Of a DNA stretch of 64,000 nt, positions 11,410-23,658 are shown one piece after another (position 1 is the first letter of the stretch; every line of letters begins with the position of its first letter). The notes under the pieces were generated by a model, which worked only from the letters and a program-made list of their open reading frames with translations, searched no databases and was not told the origin of the DNA. The translations under genes and the position numbers were made by a program. The DNA is from Octopus sinensis (Eukaryota), in NCBI RefSeq assembly GCF_006345805.1, contig NC_043005.1, positions 43,338,001 through 43,402,000 on the forward strand, given 5' to 3'.

Positions 11410-12468
11410 TAAAATATGATCATGGATACAAACAGCTGAAATAGAGAGGAAAGTTCAACTTAAGAAGCATCAGATGTGGTGCGCAAAAGAGACAACTGTG
11501 CTGATATGCTCATGTGTTATAAATGGATGAGAACAGCTGTATGAAAAAGTATCACGCCCTTGCGGAAGAGGTAGACCCAGGAAGACCTGGGATGAGGTGG
11601 TGAAGCACAACCTTTGAACATTGGGCCTCACTGAGGCAATGACAAGTGACTAAGTCCTTTGGAGATATGCTGTGCTTGAGAAGACCCGGCAAGCCAAGTG
11701 AGACCATAACCGTGACCTATGCCAGTGCAGCATAACCAGCCCATTTTAGAGTACCCTTCAGTGATTGGGCAATAAACTGTACTTGCAAAGACCTGTTGAG
11801 GCAAGTGAAATTGCTGTCATGGCTGATGACATTACCTATTTCTTTATTACCCACAAGGGGACAAACAAGGACAGACATAGGTATTAAGTCGATTACATCG
11901 ACCCCAGTGCATAACTGGTACTTAATCTATCGACCCCGAAAGGATGAAAGGCAAAGTCGACCTCGGCGGAATTTGAACTCACAACGTAACGCAGACGAAA
12001 TACCGCTAAGCATTTCGCCCAGCATGCTAACGTTTCTGCCAGCTCGCCGCCATTATTCTGATGACATGACATTACCGAGTGATTGGCGCCTGTGCCAGTG
12101 GAATGTTAAAAGCACCATTCAAGTGTGATCGTTGCCAGGGCTGCTGAGTAGCTCCCATGCCTGTGGCATGTAAAAAAAAGCACCATTTGAGTGTGGTCAT
12201 TGCCAGTGCTGCTAGACTGGCTCCTGTGCATGTAGCATATAAAAAGCACCATTTGAACATGGCCGAAGCCAGACTAGTCCTCATGCCATTGACATGAAAA
12301 AGCACCCACTACACTCTCAGAGTGATTAGTATTAAGAAGGGCATCCAGCTTTAGAAACTTTGCCAGATCAGATTGGAGACTGGTGCAGCCTTCTGGCTCA
12401 CCAGACCTCAGCCAAACCGTCCAATCCATGCCAGCATGTAAAGCAGTTGTTAAACAACGATGATGATA
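11410..12468 (+). mobile_element. RTE-clade LINE 3' end (ORF end plus 3'UTR), interrupted by SINE-A
   Basis: Degenerate ...RGRPRKTWDEVVKHNL*TLGLTEAMTSD*VLWRYAVLEKTRQAK*, then a 3'UTR with GGCAYGTAAAAAGCACC subrepeats and a (GAT)n tail. Confidence 0.8.
11837..12051 (-). mobile_element. SINE-A (tail i) inserted in an RTE 3'UTR
   Basis: Consensus-like; flanked by CTGATGACATTACC (11823-11836) and CTGATGACATGACATTACC (12058-12076). Confidence 0.85.
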
Positions 12469-12469
12469 T

Positions 12470-13577
12470 TTATATATATATATATTATATATATATAATG
12501 TGTATGTATGTGTTAACGTATATTCATATATGAATACATATATGAAGTGCATTCAAAAAGTATTCAATGAGTGTGCACTATACATCTGTTCTCTAGTGGT
12601 AAAAGGGTGAACTGACGTGGCCTACCGACATCAATATTTTCATTTATGTGCAGGAGGGAGTGGGGGTCACCTCCCACCCAAGCAATTTTACCCACACAGC
12701 ATTAGCTTTGGTGAGAAAAAATAAAGTTGGATAATTTTTGAATGTACCACGTATGTATGTATGCATGTATATATGTATGTATGTATCCGTTAAGTTCATT
12801 TGTGGGAAACATTTCTGAGTATGCCTGAAGAAACAAAAGCATGAACAAAGACCCACCTGATGTCCATAGATATTACAGGCTGAACTATAATCATCCCCAG
12901 CATGTGGACTACGGTCACAAAGACATGTGATTTGTGGAAATGCACATTGTGATGCATTAAAATACTTATAAATTCTATCCATGGATTATTTTATTATTAT
13001 TACTAACATATATATATATATATTATATATATTATATATATATATAATGTGTATGTATGTGTTAACGTATATTCATATATGAATACATATATGAAGTGCA
13101 TTCAAAAAGTATTCAATGAGTGTGCACTATACATCTGTTCTCTAGTGGTAAAAGGGTGAACTGACGTGGCCTACCGACATCAATATTTTCATTTATGTGC
13201 AGGAGGGAGTGGGGGTCACCTCCCACCCAAGCAATTTTACCCACACAGCATTAGCTTTGGTGAGAAAAAATAAAGTTGGATAATTTTTGAATGTACCACG
13301 TATGTATGTATGCATGCATGTATGTATGCATGTATATATGTATGTATGTATCCGTTAAGTTCATTTGTGGGAAACATTTCTGAGTATGCCTGAAGAAACA
13401 AAAGCATGAACAAAGACCCACCTGATGTCCATAGATATTACAGGCTGAACTATAATCATCCCCAGCATGTGGACTACGGTCACAAAGACATGTGATTTGT
13501 GGAAATGCACATTGTGATGCATTAAAATACTTATAAATTCTATCCATGGATTATTTTTATTATTATTACTAACATAT

Positions 13578-13615
<38 letters not shown>
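12470..13615. repeat. Near-identical tandem duplication, unit ~549 bp
   Basis: AATGTGTATGTATGTGTTAACG at 12497 and 13046; the copies differ mainly in the length of an internal (ATGT/ATGC)n. Confidence 0.92.
12541..12753. mobile_element. Tc1/mariner-like MITE (second copy ~13090-13305 within the tandem duplication)
   Basis: TA-flanked imperfect TIRs, TATGAAGTGCATTCAAAAAGTATTCAAT versus TACGTGGTACATTCAAAAATTATCCAAC (21/28 identical). Confidence 0.65.
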
Positions 13616-15163
13616 ATACACATAAACCACAAACATACATACAAATAGATTGATAGATAGACAGACAGACAGACAGACGGAGAGATAAAGAGATAGAGGG
13701 ACAGGTAGTTTTTATATATATATTTCTTTACTGCCCACGAGGGGCTAAACATAGAGAGGACAAACAAGGACAGACAAAAGGATTAAGTCGATTACATCGA
13801 TCCCAGTGCGTAACTGGTACTTTATCTGTCGACCCCGAAAGGATGAATGGCAAAGTCGACCTCGGCGGAATTTGAACGAAATACCGCTAAGCATTTCGCC
13901 CGGCGTGCTAACAATTCTCCCTGCTTACCTAACTATCAGTCATACTATCTTTCTAGATATCTATCATTTGTGCAACCCAACCCCAGTTATTAAACAAAAA
14001 AAAAATAAAAAAAAGATAGGCCAGCTGATAAAGGTGCTACATTCTATTACCTCATGTCACAGCATAAGGACATGCAATCGATAATCTAATATATAGGGTA
14101 AGAGGCAAATGCATGTGTGTGCATGTGTGTGAGGTCACTGTAGCACAGATGTTATCCTGTAAACATGCTGTATTCTCCCCTCATGAATAACAGTTTTCCT
14201 AACAAAAAGTAAAGAAATAATAATAATAATAATAATAACAATAATAATGGTGGTGGTGGTGGTGGGAGTAGTAATGTTCCTCCTCCTCTCTCACATCACC
14301 GGGAGGATATCAAGCTGTGAAAACTATAGATCCAACATGTGAACTATCCCACACAAGCTTGATATAAAGCAGTTAAAGATCTCTCTCTCACTCTCTCCTC
14401 TCTCTCTCTTTCTTTCTCTCTCTATCTCTATCTCTCTGTGTCTCGCTCGGTTTCTCGTTCTCTCTATCTGTCTGTATCTCTCTATTTCTCTTTCTGTCTG
14501 TCTCTATCTCTATCTCCCATTCTCTCTCTCTCTCTCTTTCTCCTTCTCTCTCTCTCTCTCTCTCTCTCTCACAAACACACACACACATGCACACATACGT
14601 TTTTCTATCTTTTACTTGCTTCAGCCATTAATTGTTTGGAGGGATACAAAACAAATTATTCGTTAGGATTAATTAGGGTTGAATCAAACAGTTGTCTACA
14701 GTCAGCAACTTCAATGTTTGAAGATTGCTTTCAGTTGAAAACTTACTGCCTTAATCCTTCGACATTTCAACTGACCATATCTGGCCCAAATATTCTACCT
14801 TTTAAATGTTCAAACTGATCAGACCTGTCCTCTGTCCTCTCATACCTACTCTAAAAATAAGCAATCATATCATTGAAATCTTAAAGCTAGGAGATAATAT
14901 CTGGTAAATTTTAAAAAAAGGTGAATATATATATATATATATATATAACACAAACCACAAACAGACATACAAATAGATAGATAGATAGATAGATAGACAG
15001 ACAGACTGATGGAGAGATAAATTGATAGAAGGACAGGTAGTCTTTATATATAGTTTTTATCTCTCCCTACTTACTTAACTATCAGTCATACTATCTTTCT
15101 ATATATCTATCATTTGTGCAACCCAACCCCTGTTATTAAACAAAAAAAAAGATGGGCTGGCTG
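13612..15163. repeat. Older dispersed duplication: 13612-14017 versus 14944-15163
   Basis: Shared AAACCACAAACA.ACATACAAATAGA...GGACAGGTAGT and AACTATCAGTCATACTATCTTTCTA...GCAACCCAACCCC; SINE-A present only in the first copy. Confidence 0.85.
13722..13918 (-). mobile_element. SINE-A (tail i), internally deleted and 5'-truncated
   Basis: Homology to the other copies; segment missing between TTTGAAC and GAAATACC. Confidence 0.8.
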
Positions 15164-15171
15164 AATCAAAT

Positions 15172-15575
15172 ATGGAGTGGCTGTGTGGTAAGTAGCTTGC
15201 TTACCAACCACATGGTTCCGGCTTCAGTCCCACTTTGTGGCACCCTGGGCAAGTGTCTTCTACTATAGCCTCAGGCCAACCAAAGCCTTGTGAGTGGATT
15301 TGGTAGACAGAAACTGGAAGAAGCCCATCGTATATATGTATACATATATATATGTGTGTGGGTATGTGTTTGTGTGTCTGTGTTTGTCCCATCAACATCG
15401 CTTGACAACCGATGCTGGTGTGTTTATGTCCCCGTAACTTAGCGGCTCAGCAAAAGAGGCCAATAGAATAAGTACTAGGCTTACAAAGAATAAGTCCTGG
15501 GGTCGATTTGCTCGACTAAAGGCAGTGCTCCAGCATGGCCACAGTCAAATGACTGAAACAAGTAAAAGAGTAAAT
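15172..15575 (+). mobile_element. SINE-B, near-consensus full length
   Basis: A-box TGGCTGTGTGG, B-box-like CTTCAGTCCC, CORE-like CCCTGGGCAAGTGTCTTCTACTATAGCC, tail GACTGAAACAAGTAAAAGAG. Confidence 0.85.
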
Positions 15576-15820
15576 AAGCATTACATTTGACTGAATAATG
15601 TGCATGCTAAAGGGTTAACACAACCAGGATGTAAATGAGGGGTTCTCTTTCATCAAGACCTTGTGCCACACCAATCGTGTGGGGTCATTAAAAACTTTTC
15701 TGGAATCATTTCAATGAGGAAAAAATACTATGTCCAGTATATTCTCCAGATCTTTCTCTGTCAGACTGTCACTCATTTAGAACTTTGCAAAACTATTTGG
15801 ATGAGAAAAGCATGTCTTTG

Positions 15821-16200
15821 ACACAGGCATGGCTGTGTGGTAAGAAGTTTGCTTCCAAACCGAGTGGGTCTGACTTCAGTCCCACTGCATGCCCCCTTGG
15901 ACAAGTGTCTCCTACTATAGCCTTGAACTGACCAAAGCCTTGTGAGTGGATTTGGTATACGGAAACTGAAAGAAGCCCATCATGTATGTATATGTATGTC
16001 TTTGAGTTTGTCTGCCACCACCACTTGACAACTGTAGTTGGTTTGTTTACTTCTGTAACTTAGCACTTCAACAAAAAGAGACTGATAGAATAAGTGCCAT
16101 GCTTTAAAAAATAGGTACCAGAGTCAATTCATTTGACTAAAAACTCTTCAAAGTGGTGCCCCAGCATGGCCACAGTCTAATGACTGAAACAAGTAAATGA
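15821..16200 (+). mobile_element. SINE-B, full length
   Basis: Collinear with 15172-15575. Confidence 0.8.
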
Positions 16201-16377
16201 TGAAGGATTTGCACAACCTTTCACTCTTTTTTGTTTTTCTTCAAAACGTTTTTTAGTTTATCAAATTAGTTTTATTTAGGTAAAGATTGAATCATTTTAA
16301 TTACAAGGAAACAAAGAAAGAAAAGAAAGAAGGGGAATGGATTAAGCAGCAGAAGATGGAGTGAGTGGGTGAGTAAT

Positions 16378-16487
16378 GTGCAGGAGGGGTGGGTGGGGGT
16401 CACCTCCCACCCAAACAAATTTACCCACACAGCATTAGCTTTGTTGAGAAAAAAATAAAGTTGGATAATTTTTGAATGTACCTCATA
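16378..16487. mobile_element. One-ended fragment of the same mariner-like MITE
   Basis: GGGGTCACCTCCCACCC...GTTGGATAATTTTTGAATGTACCTCATA matches 12655-12753. Confidence 0.65.
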
Positions 16488-16499
16488 TGTTGTTGCAGA

Positions 16500-16740
16500 G
16501 AAGGGCCAGGGACATTTGCTGCAACAGCAACCTCATCTTGTGGGGGTTCATTTCACTCTTTGAATGTTGTAAAGTGCTTAATATTTCTATTGCCCCAGGT
16601 ATCACAATCATTTTTCCATTGCCTATAAGTTATGAGCTTATGTCGTTCTCATCAAACCAAGTTCAGCTATATTTTGGCCCAGGTGATTTGATAGATACTT
16701 TTTTCACTCCACATTTATAAATTTGAGGTCCCACACAACA
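16500..16740 (-). mobile_element. Probable RTE ORF remnant (endonuclease-RT linker)
   Basis: Stop-riddled translation contains GPKYS*TWFDEND and, in a shifted frame, WKND. These resemble the RTE motifs HQDWFDEND and WQND. Confidence 0.4.
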
Positions 16741-16869
16741 GAACCATGTCCACCAGTTCTCTTTCTATTCACCGGTACCATTATTTTCATTCGTTTTTTT
16801 TTTGTTTTTTTTCCTTTTTAGCTCTATTTTGGATTGCTGTGGAAGATGTATGCATGTATATGTGTAAGT

Positions 16870-17095
16870 ATATGTATATATATGTGTATGAATATGCGTG
16901 TGTAGTATGTATATATAATATGAATGTATTTGTAGATATATATATGTATATATATGTGTATGAATATGCGTGTGTAGTATGTATATATAATATGAATGTA
17001 TTTGTAGTTATATATATGTATATATATGTGTATGAATATGCGTGTGTAGTATGTATATATAATATGAATGTATTTGTAGATATATATATGTATTT
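16870..17095. repeat. 72-bp minisatellite, about 3 copies
   Basis: GAATATGCG recurs at 16890, 16962 and 17034. Confidence 0.9.
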
Positions 17096-17171
17096 GTGTG
17101 TGTGTATGTATGTGTCCATGCATGTGTGTCTGTATGTTTGCTTATGTGCATGAATCTGTACATACATACAT

Positions 17172-17207
<36 letters not shown>

Positions 17208-17496
17208 GTATACATATATATATGTATGTATATATACACACACACCCACTCACACACACACATATATATATATATATGATGACAAATATCAAAGAATGAA
17301 GTTAGTAAATCATTGTAATGTTTTGTTTACAATCGTTTCATCATTATTCAATATAATCAACTTGCATAATGTTGTAACCTTGTCACCAACTGTTGTCTTG
17401 TTTTCATGTGGTGTAAATGATTATTTTATTGTCTATGTTGGAAATGATTCTTCAGAACTTTTTAAAACACCAGGATTATATATGCCAACTGAGTTG

Positions 17497-17534
<38 letters not shown>

Positions 17535-17598
17535 TAGTCAGAATGAGATAACAAATCCAAGGCTGAGCAGTGTTTTCAGAACATTTATAATGAAATAG

Positions 17599-17644
17599 TC
17601 TTACAGCTGTTTCTGGGATATTATGGCTATCCCTTCATCAGAGA
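17599..17644 (-). ncRNA. Minimal type-I hammerhead ribozyme (PLE-type)
   Basis: Minus strand reads TCT-CTGATGA-A-GGGATA-GCCATAA-TATCCC-A-GAAAC-AGCT-GTA-AGA. Core intact, 6-bp stem II, palindromic CAGCTG stem III, 3-bp stem I; A.A mismatch at the base of stem II. Confidence 0.75.
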
Positions 17645-18424
17645 TAGTGTGAGAAAATATTTGAGTTCGAATTATTTTGGAAAAGACAGGGAATATAAGA
17701 GAATGGAAGTAAAAATAAGACATATAACGATATTGTAGTTGCAGTTCCACTAATCGAGGAAAATAGTGTATAAAAGTGGTAAAAAGTTTCCAGTACATGG
17801 TGTGTAAGTTCCAATAGCAGTTCATATTTAGTCTACCCGACACTCTTTGGGTCTACTAGACACCAATACCTCTTGTACCCTCAAGATATATAGATATATA
17901 TATATATATTATATATATATATATTTATGCATGTATGTATTTATATATGTTTGTGTGTATGTATCTATATATGCATGTATGTATATAAGTATTTATATAT
18001 GTATATATTTATATAAATTATATGCTTGCATGAATATATATAAGTATATATGTGTGTGTGTGTGAATTATATCACAAAAAAAAAAGATAGTATTGATTCT
18101 TGATGTAATGTACTCATTTCATGTGATTGGCAGACATCAGTTATTTGATCATAAAACCCAGTTGCAGAAATAAATGCTGCTAGTTCCTTTCATCAGGATT
18201 ACTTTGTAGAAATGCAACACCAAAAAAAGGTGACGGCCTTTGTGTACACCAGTATGCAAATATGAACAGTAGGGCTAACATAGGGAGAATAGGATAGAAG
18301 GAGAAGGAAGTGAGAGGATTAAAGAACATGAGAAACAAATTTAATTGGGTAGAGAAAAGAAAGGAAAGCCCTTAGGGCTGTGCCTCCGACAATGCACAAT
18401 AATAATAATAATAATAATAATAAT

Positions 18425-18860
18425 AATTTGTTCAGTACTGCAAATTTGCCTGTCAGTTACTTGACTGTAATGAGATGGACATGTCCCTTAGTGGGTGTCA
18501 ATATGTGCCTCTCTGATCACGAGCAGGCATAGTTGGGTAGCATCATAGCCATGTGTTGAAAAGGATTTTTGGGGAAATATGGTGTTTTGTTCATCATCCT
18601 TAAACAACCCTTATTCAAGGACTTTTTGTGTGGGATGGAATACTCAATCTGAAAAAAATTCTCACTGGCCTCCCCTCCAAGATACTATTCATCTTGAAAT
18701 GGGGTCACCATGTCAAGCACATATAGTTGTGATGCCTGTGCCTGGTGTACCCCTATCAGATGGGTCATGGTGGGTATATTGAGCTTCATATATTTGTACC
18801 CCAGTGTCACTCTGACAGCATTGCACTGCTCTCTCACTCAATATAAATAATAACGATGAT
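18425..18860 (+). mobile_element. Probable interspersed retroposon ending in (AAT/GAT)n
   Basis: GC-richer block ending CTGCTCTCTCACTCAATATAAATAATAACGATGATG. Only one copy in the window, so the call rests on recollection of similar cephalopod repeats. Confidence 0.4.
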
Positions 18861-18867
18861 GATGATG

Positions 18868-19848
18868 ATTTCAAATTTTGGCACAAGACCAGCAGTTTAA
18901 GGGTAGGTGGGTAAGTCAATTACATTGACCCCAATGTTAAACTAGTACTTATTTTATCAACCCTGAAAGGATGAAAAGTAAAGTCAGCCTTAGTGGAAAT
19001 CGAACTCAGAACATGAAGACAGATGAAATGACGCCCAGCATTTTGCCTGGCATGCTAACAGTTCTGCCAGCTCACTGCCTTGAATGATGATAGTAATAAT
19101 ATAATAGTAGTAGTAGTAATAATAATAATAATAATAACAACAACAACAACAACAGTAATGATTTAAAACTTTGGTACAGCCAGCAAGTTAAAGGGAGCAG
19201 GTAAGTATTGACCCCACTGATAAACTGGTACCCTTTTTTTTATCCACCTTGAATGGATGAATGACAAAGTCAACCATGGTAGAATTTGAACTCAGAACAT
19301 GAAGACATGAAATGCCACTAAGCATTTTGCCCGGCATGCTAATGATTCTACCAGCTCGCCACCCTAATAATAATAATAATGATTCAATGAAGTAGATTGA
19401 TAAAATTATTTTTAAGCCTGTTGAAGACACACAAGATGTCGAAATATCGTTCACTAGATGACAATGGCACTCTTAATTTTAATAATAATAATAATAAAAA
19501 TAAACCTTTCTACTGGAGGCACAAGGTCTCAAATTTGGGAGGAAGGGGACTAGTCAATTACATCGACTCCAGTGTGTAACTGGTACTTATTTAATCGAAC
19601 TTGAAAGGATGAAAAGCAAAATCAACCTCAGCGGAATTTGAACTCAGAATGTAATGACAGACGAAATACTGCTAAGCATTTCGCCCAGTGTGCTAATGAT
19701 TCTGCCAGCTTGCCACCTTAATAATAATAATAATCCTCTCTACTATAGACACAAGGCCTGAAATTTGGGGGAGGGAAATAGTCGATTATATCAACCCCAG
19801 TACTCATCTGGTACCTAATTTATCGACCCCAAAACGATGAAAGCTAAG
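18868..19848 (-). mobile_element. Array of four same-orientation SINE-A copies separated by (AAT)n
   Basis: Copies at about 18868-19080, 19160-19364, 19503-19718 and 19732-19848 (tails iii, iii, ii, ii). Confidence 0.8.
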
Positions 19849-20280
19849 GCATAGGTGTGGCTGTGTGGTGAAGTTTGGTTCTGGGTTCAGTCCCACTGTG
19901 TGGCACCTTGGGCAAGTGTCTTCTACTATAGCCTCAGGCCGACCAAAGTCTTGTGAGCAAATTCGATAGATGGAAACTAAAACTATGCATGCGTGTCTGT
20001 TGTTCCCTGCCACCACTGCTTGACGACCAGTGTTGGTGTGTTTATGTCCCCATAACTCCAGCGGTGGTGCCCCAGCATGGCCGCACCCTTCGGGCTATAA
20101 CATTTTTAAGGATTTAAGGATAACTCAGTGGTTTGGCAAAAGAGACTGATAGAATAGGTATTAGGCTTTTTTTTTTTCTTTTTTTTAACAAAAAAGTACC
20201 AGGGTATTATTCATTCAATCAAAATTCCCCAAGGCAATGCTCCAACATGGCCACAGTCTGATAACTGAAACAAGCAAAAT
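19849..20280 (+). mobile_element. SINE-B with a nested 61-bp insert
   Basis: Collinear with the other copies apart from an insert at 20059-20119 flanked by ATAACTC. Confidence 0.8.
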
Positions 20281-20699
20281 CATAAAAGGATGCACACACA
20301 TATACACACATACATATACACATGTATCTATTCTAAAGAAAACTCCAGTATCACATTAAGTTTGTGTTAGTACAGTCTTTAGTAAACAGCATTTTCTATT
20401 TGCTTTTTTCTTTCTCTCCACTCCCCCACCCCCCGCTGTCTTCCTCGCTCAGGTTATTATTCTCTCTGTAACCCAGTGCTTTTACACATTATATCCATAA
20501 TTAGCGTCTCCCATTATCTTTCTTGCTCACTGCTTCTTGCATCTATCTGTGTCTGTCTACCTGTCACTTTGTCATTATGTCACTGTGTACATTGACATTC
20601 GGAGCATCTGTCTGTCTGTCTGTTTCTCTCTCTCTCTCTCTCTCTCTCTCAACATCATTGTCATCTATCTACTAACATGTCTGCTTGTAACTCTCTGAG

Positions 20700-20783
20700 T
20701 TTATCTCTCTGTCTATCTATCTGTCTGTCTATCTATCTGTCTGTCTATCTATCTGTCTGTCTATCTATCTGTCTGTCTATCTA

Positions 20784-20815
<32 letters not shown>

Positions 20816-20999
20816 TCTGTCTATCTGTCTATCTATCTATCTGCCTGTCTGTCTATCTATCTGTCTGTCTATCTATCTATCTATCTGTCTATCTATCAGT
20901 CTGTCTGTCTGTCTATCTGTCTGTCTATCTATCTATCTGTCTATCTATCTATCTGGCTGTCTGTCTATCTATCTGGCTGTCTGTCTATCTATCTGTCTA

Positions 21000-21031
<32 letters not shown>

Positions 21032-21045
21032 TCTATCTCTCTATC
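20700..21045. repeat. Compound (TCTA/TCTG)n microsatellite
   Basis: Seen directly; the opposite-strand equivalent (TAGA/CAGA)n is at 36985-37270. Confidence 0.95.
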
Positions 21046-21898
21046 AACAAGTCTGCTTGTAACTCTCTCACCTTATCTCTTTCTCTCTCTCTCTCTCACA
21101 CACACATTTTATATATCCAGTCGTATGATTTTTCTGCCTGTCTATCTATCTATCTGTCTATCTACCGATCTACCACCACGTCTGCTTTTATATCTATCTA
21201 CCTTTATATCTATCTATCTATCACTTTATATCTATCTATCTCTCCATCTCTATCTGTCTATCTACATGTCCCTCTATCTATCATCCTGTCTGTCTTTGGA
21301 TATCATTATTTCCCCATAGTTATACACTGTCTGGCTGTCTATTTCTCTGCCTTTACATATTTATTTGTCTACGTCTCCGTCTGTGCATTTATCTTTCTAT
21401 CTATCTCTGTCTCCTGCATTACGTGTGTGTCTTCTATCCACATTCTTATCTATTATTCTATCAATCTCTATATCTATCATTCGTTCTATTTTTGTGTAGC
21501 TTGTTCTATTTCTATCTATCGTTCCGTCAATCTATAGAATAATGTGTGTGTGTGTCTGTGTGTGTGTGTATTCATCTCTTCTCTCCATCCCTACACACAC
21601 ACAACTGCCGACCAGCCCAACCACCGGCCAACCAATTGCTGATATTCCTTTACAGATGCTCAGTTAGAAATCTCGTTCTTTCTCCACAGCACTGTCAGTA
21701 CACTCTTTATCTACCACACACTCTTCTCTTCAGTCGTTCATTCTTGCTATTGCTAGCAGGCATCATTTGTTCAATCTTATTGTCGCTTCTGGTACACTTT
21801 CTCCTTTGCAGCTTTTACAGGTTGGCAAGGAGATGCTTGCCCAGGCATCATCATCTCTGCTGTTGTTGCATCAGTTACGATCACTTTCTCTTTCCTTA

Positions 21899-21963
<65 letters not shown>

Positions 21964-22114
21964 AATTTCTCTTTGTTTTTCATAAATTTCCAGGTTATTG
22001 GGTCAGTATTGAAATGGAATATTGCCACCAATAAACTGATTGTCTCTTAGATTTCCTCGCATACATTTCTTTTAGCACTCGAGCTGTTTTGTAAAAATTA
22101 TTTGTGTGTGTGTG

Positions 22115-22155
<41 letters not shown>

Positions 22156-22170
22156 ATGTATGTATGTATA

Positions 22171-22204
<34 letters not shown>

Positions 22205-22209
22205 TTTTT

Positions 22210-22428
22210 TATTTCTTTACTGCCCACTAGGGAGCTACACACAGAGGGGACAAACAAGGACAAACGGATTAAGTCGATTATATCGACCCCAGTATGTAAC
22301 TGGTACTTATTTAATCGGCTCCGAAAGGATGAAAGGCAAAGTCGAGCTCTGCGGAATTTGAACTCGAAATGTAGCAGCAGGCGAAATACCGCTAAGCATT
22401 TCGCCCGGCGTGCTAACATTTCTGCCAG
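22210..22428 (-). mobile_element. SINE-A (tail i) within (TA)n
   Basis: Near-consensus copy flanked by (TA)n on both sides. Confidence 0.85.
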
Positions 22429-22458
22429 ATATATATATATATATATATATATAATATA

Positions 22459-22712
22459 CATCATCATTTATCATCCGTTCTCCATGCTGGCATGGGTTGG
22501 ACAGTTTCATTGAAAACTGGTAGGTGGGGGTGCTGCACCACGTTCCGATCTGATTTGGCAAGGTTTTTATGCCTGGATGCCCTTCTTAATGCCAACCACT
22601 CCAAGAGTGTAGTGAGTGCTTGTTACATGCCACCGACACGGGTGCCAATGACCTGACACCAGCATCAGCCATGACTACAGTCTCACTTGGTTTGACAGGT
22701 CTACACAAGCAT
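22459..22712 (-). mobile_element. RTE 3'UTR copy
   Basis: Reverse-complement homology to the RTE tail, including the ORF-end region. Confidence 0.7.
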
Positions 22713-22998
22713 GCGTCCATGAGGCCCAATATGTGTATGTGTGTGTGTGTTCTATATGTATATAATTATAGATATACACATGTCTATATGTGTGTGTATG
22801 TATACTGCATGACAGCCATTGTTGGTTTTTTTGTGTTCCTGCAACTTAGCAATTTGACACAAATGACTGTTAGAGTAAGATCCAACCATTGAAAAAAATG
22901 AAACTGGGGTTGATTTCTGTGACTAAACCCTTCGAGATGGTGCCCCAGCATGGCCCCAGTCAAATGATTGAGACAAGTAAAAGATAGAGAAGTGTGTG

Positions 22999-23078
<80 letters not shown>

Positions 23079-23615
23079 TTCAGTCCCACTGCAGGACACC
23101 TTGGGCAAGAATTTTTTTTTTCTTTTTTTTTACTATATCCTCAGCCCAACCAAAGCCCCATGCGTGTATTTGGTAGATGGAACCTAAAATCAGCCCATCA
23201 TAAATGCATGTGGCTTACTGTCTCCTATCCTTGACATCATGTCACAACACATACAGTGTCATTTGTTTCCAATATACCTTACTTGGATGAAGGAAGGACA
23301 ATTGGCTGTAAAATATCCTGCCTTGTTAGATACTGTCCAACCCATTCCAGAAAGAAAAGGTAGACATTAAAACAATGATGTTTTGTTCAGTGCTAGTGTA
23401 ACTGTGTAGTTTGCTTCCCAACCCAACAGGGTTTGCTCTGAAATCATTTCATCATTTGACATGTGGCACACAGTGTACCTGTTCAGGTAATGTCAATTTG
23501 ATGGAGAGAGTGAGCTTATGTGTACACAGACATTTGATCACTATAAACAAATCGTCTGTATGGTTGTTCGAAGAGAAATTGCCAAACTCTCATATGTCAT
23601 CTAGCGACAGGACAG

Positions 23616-23658
<43 letters not shown>

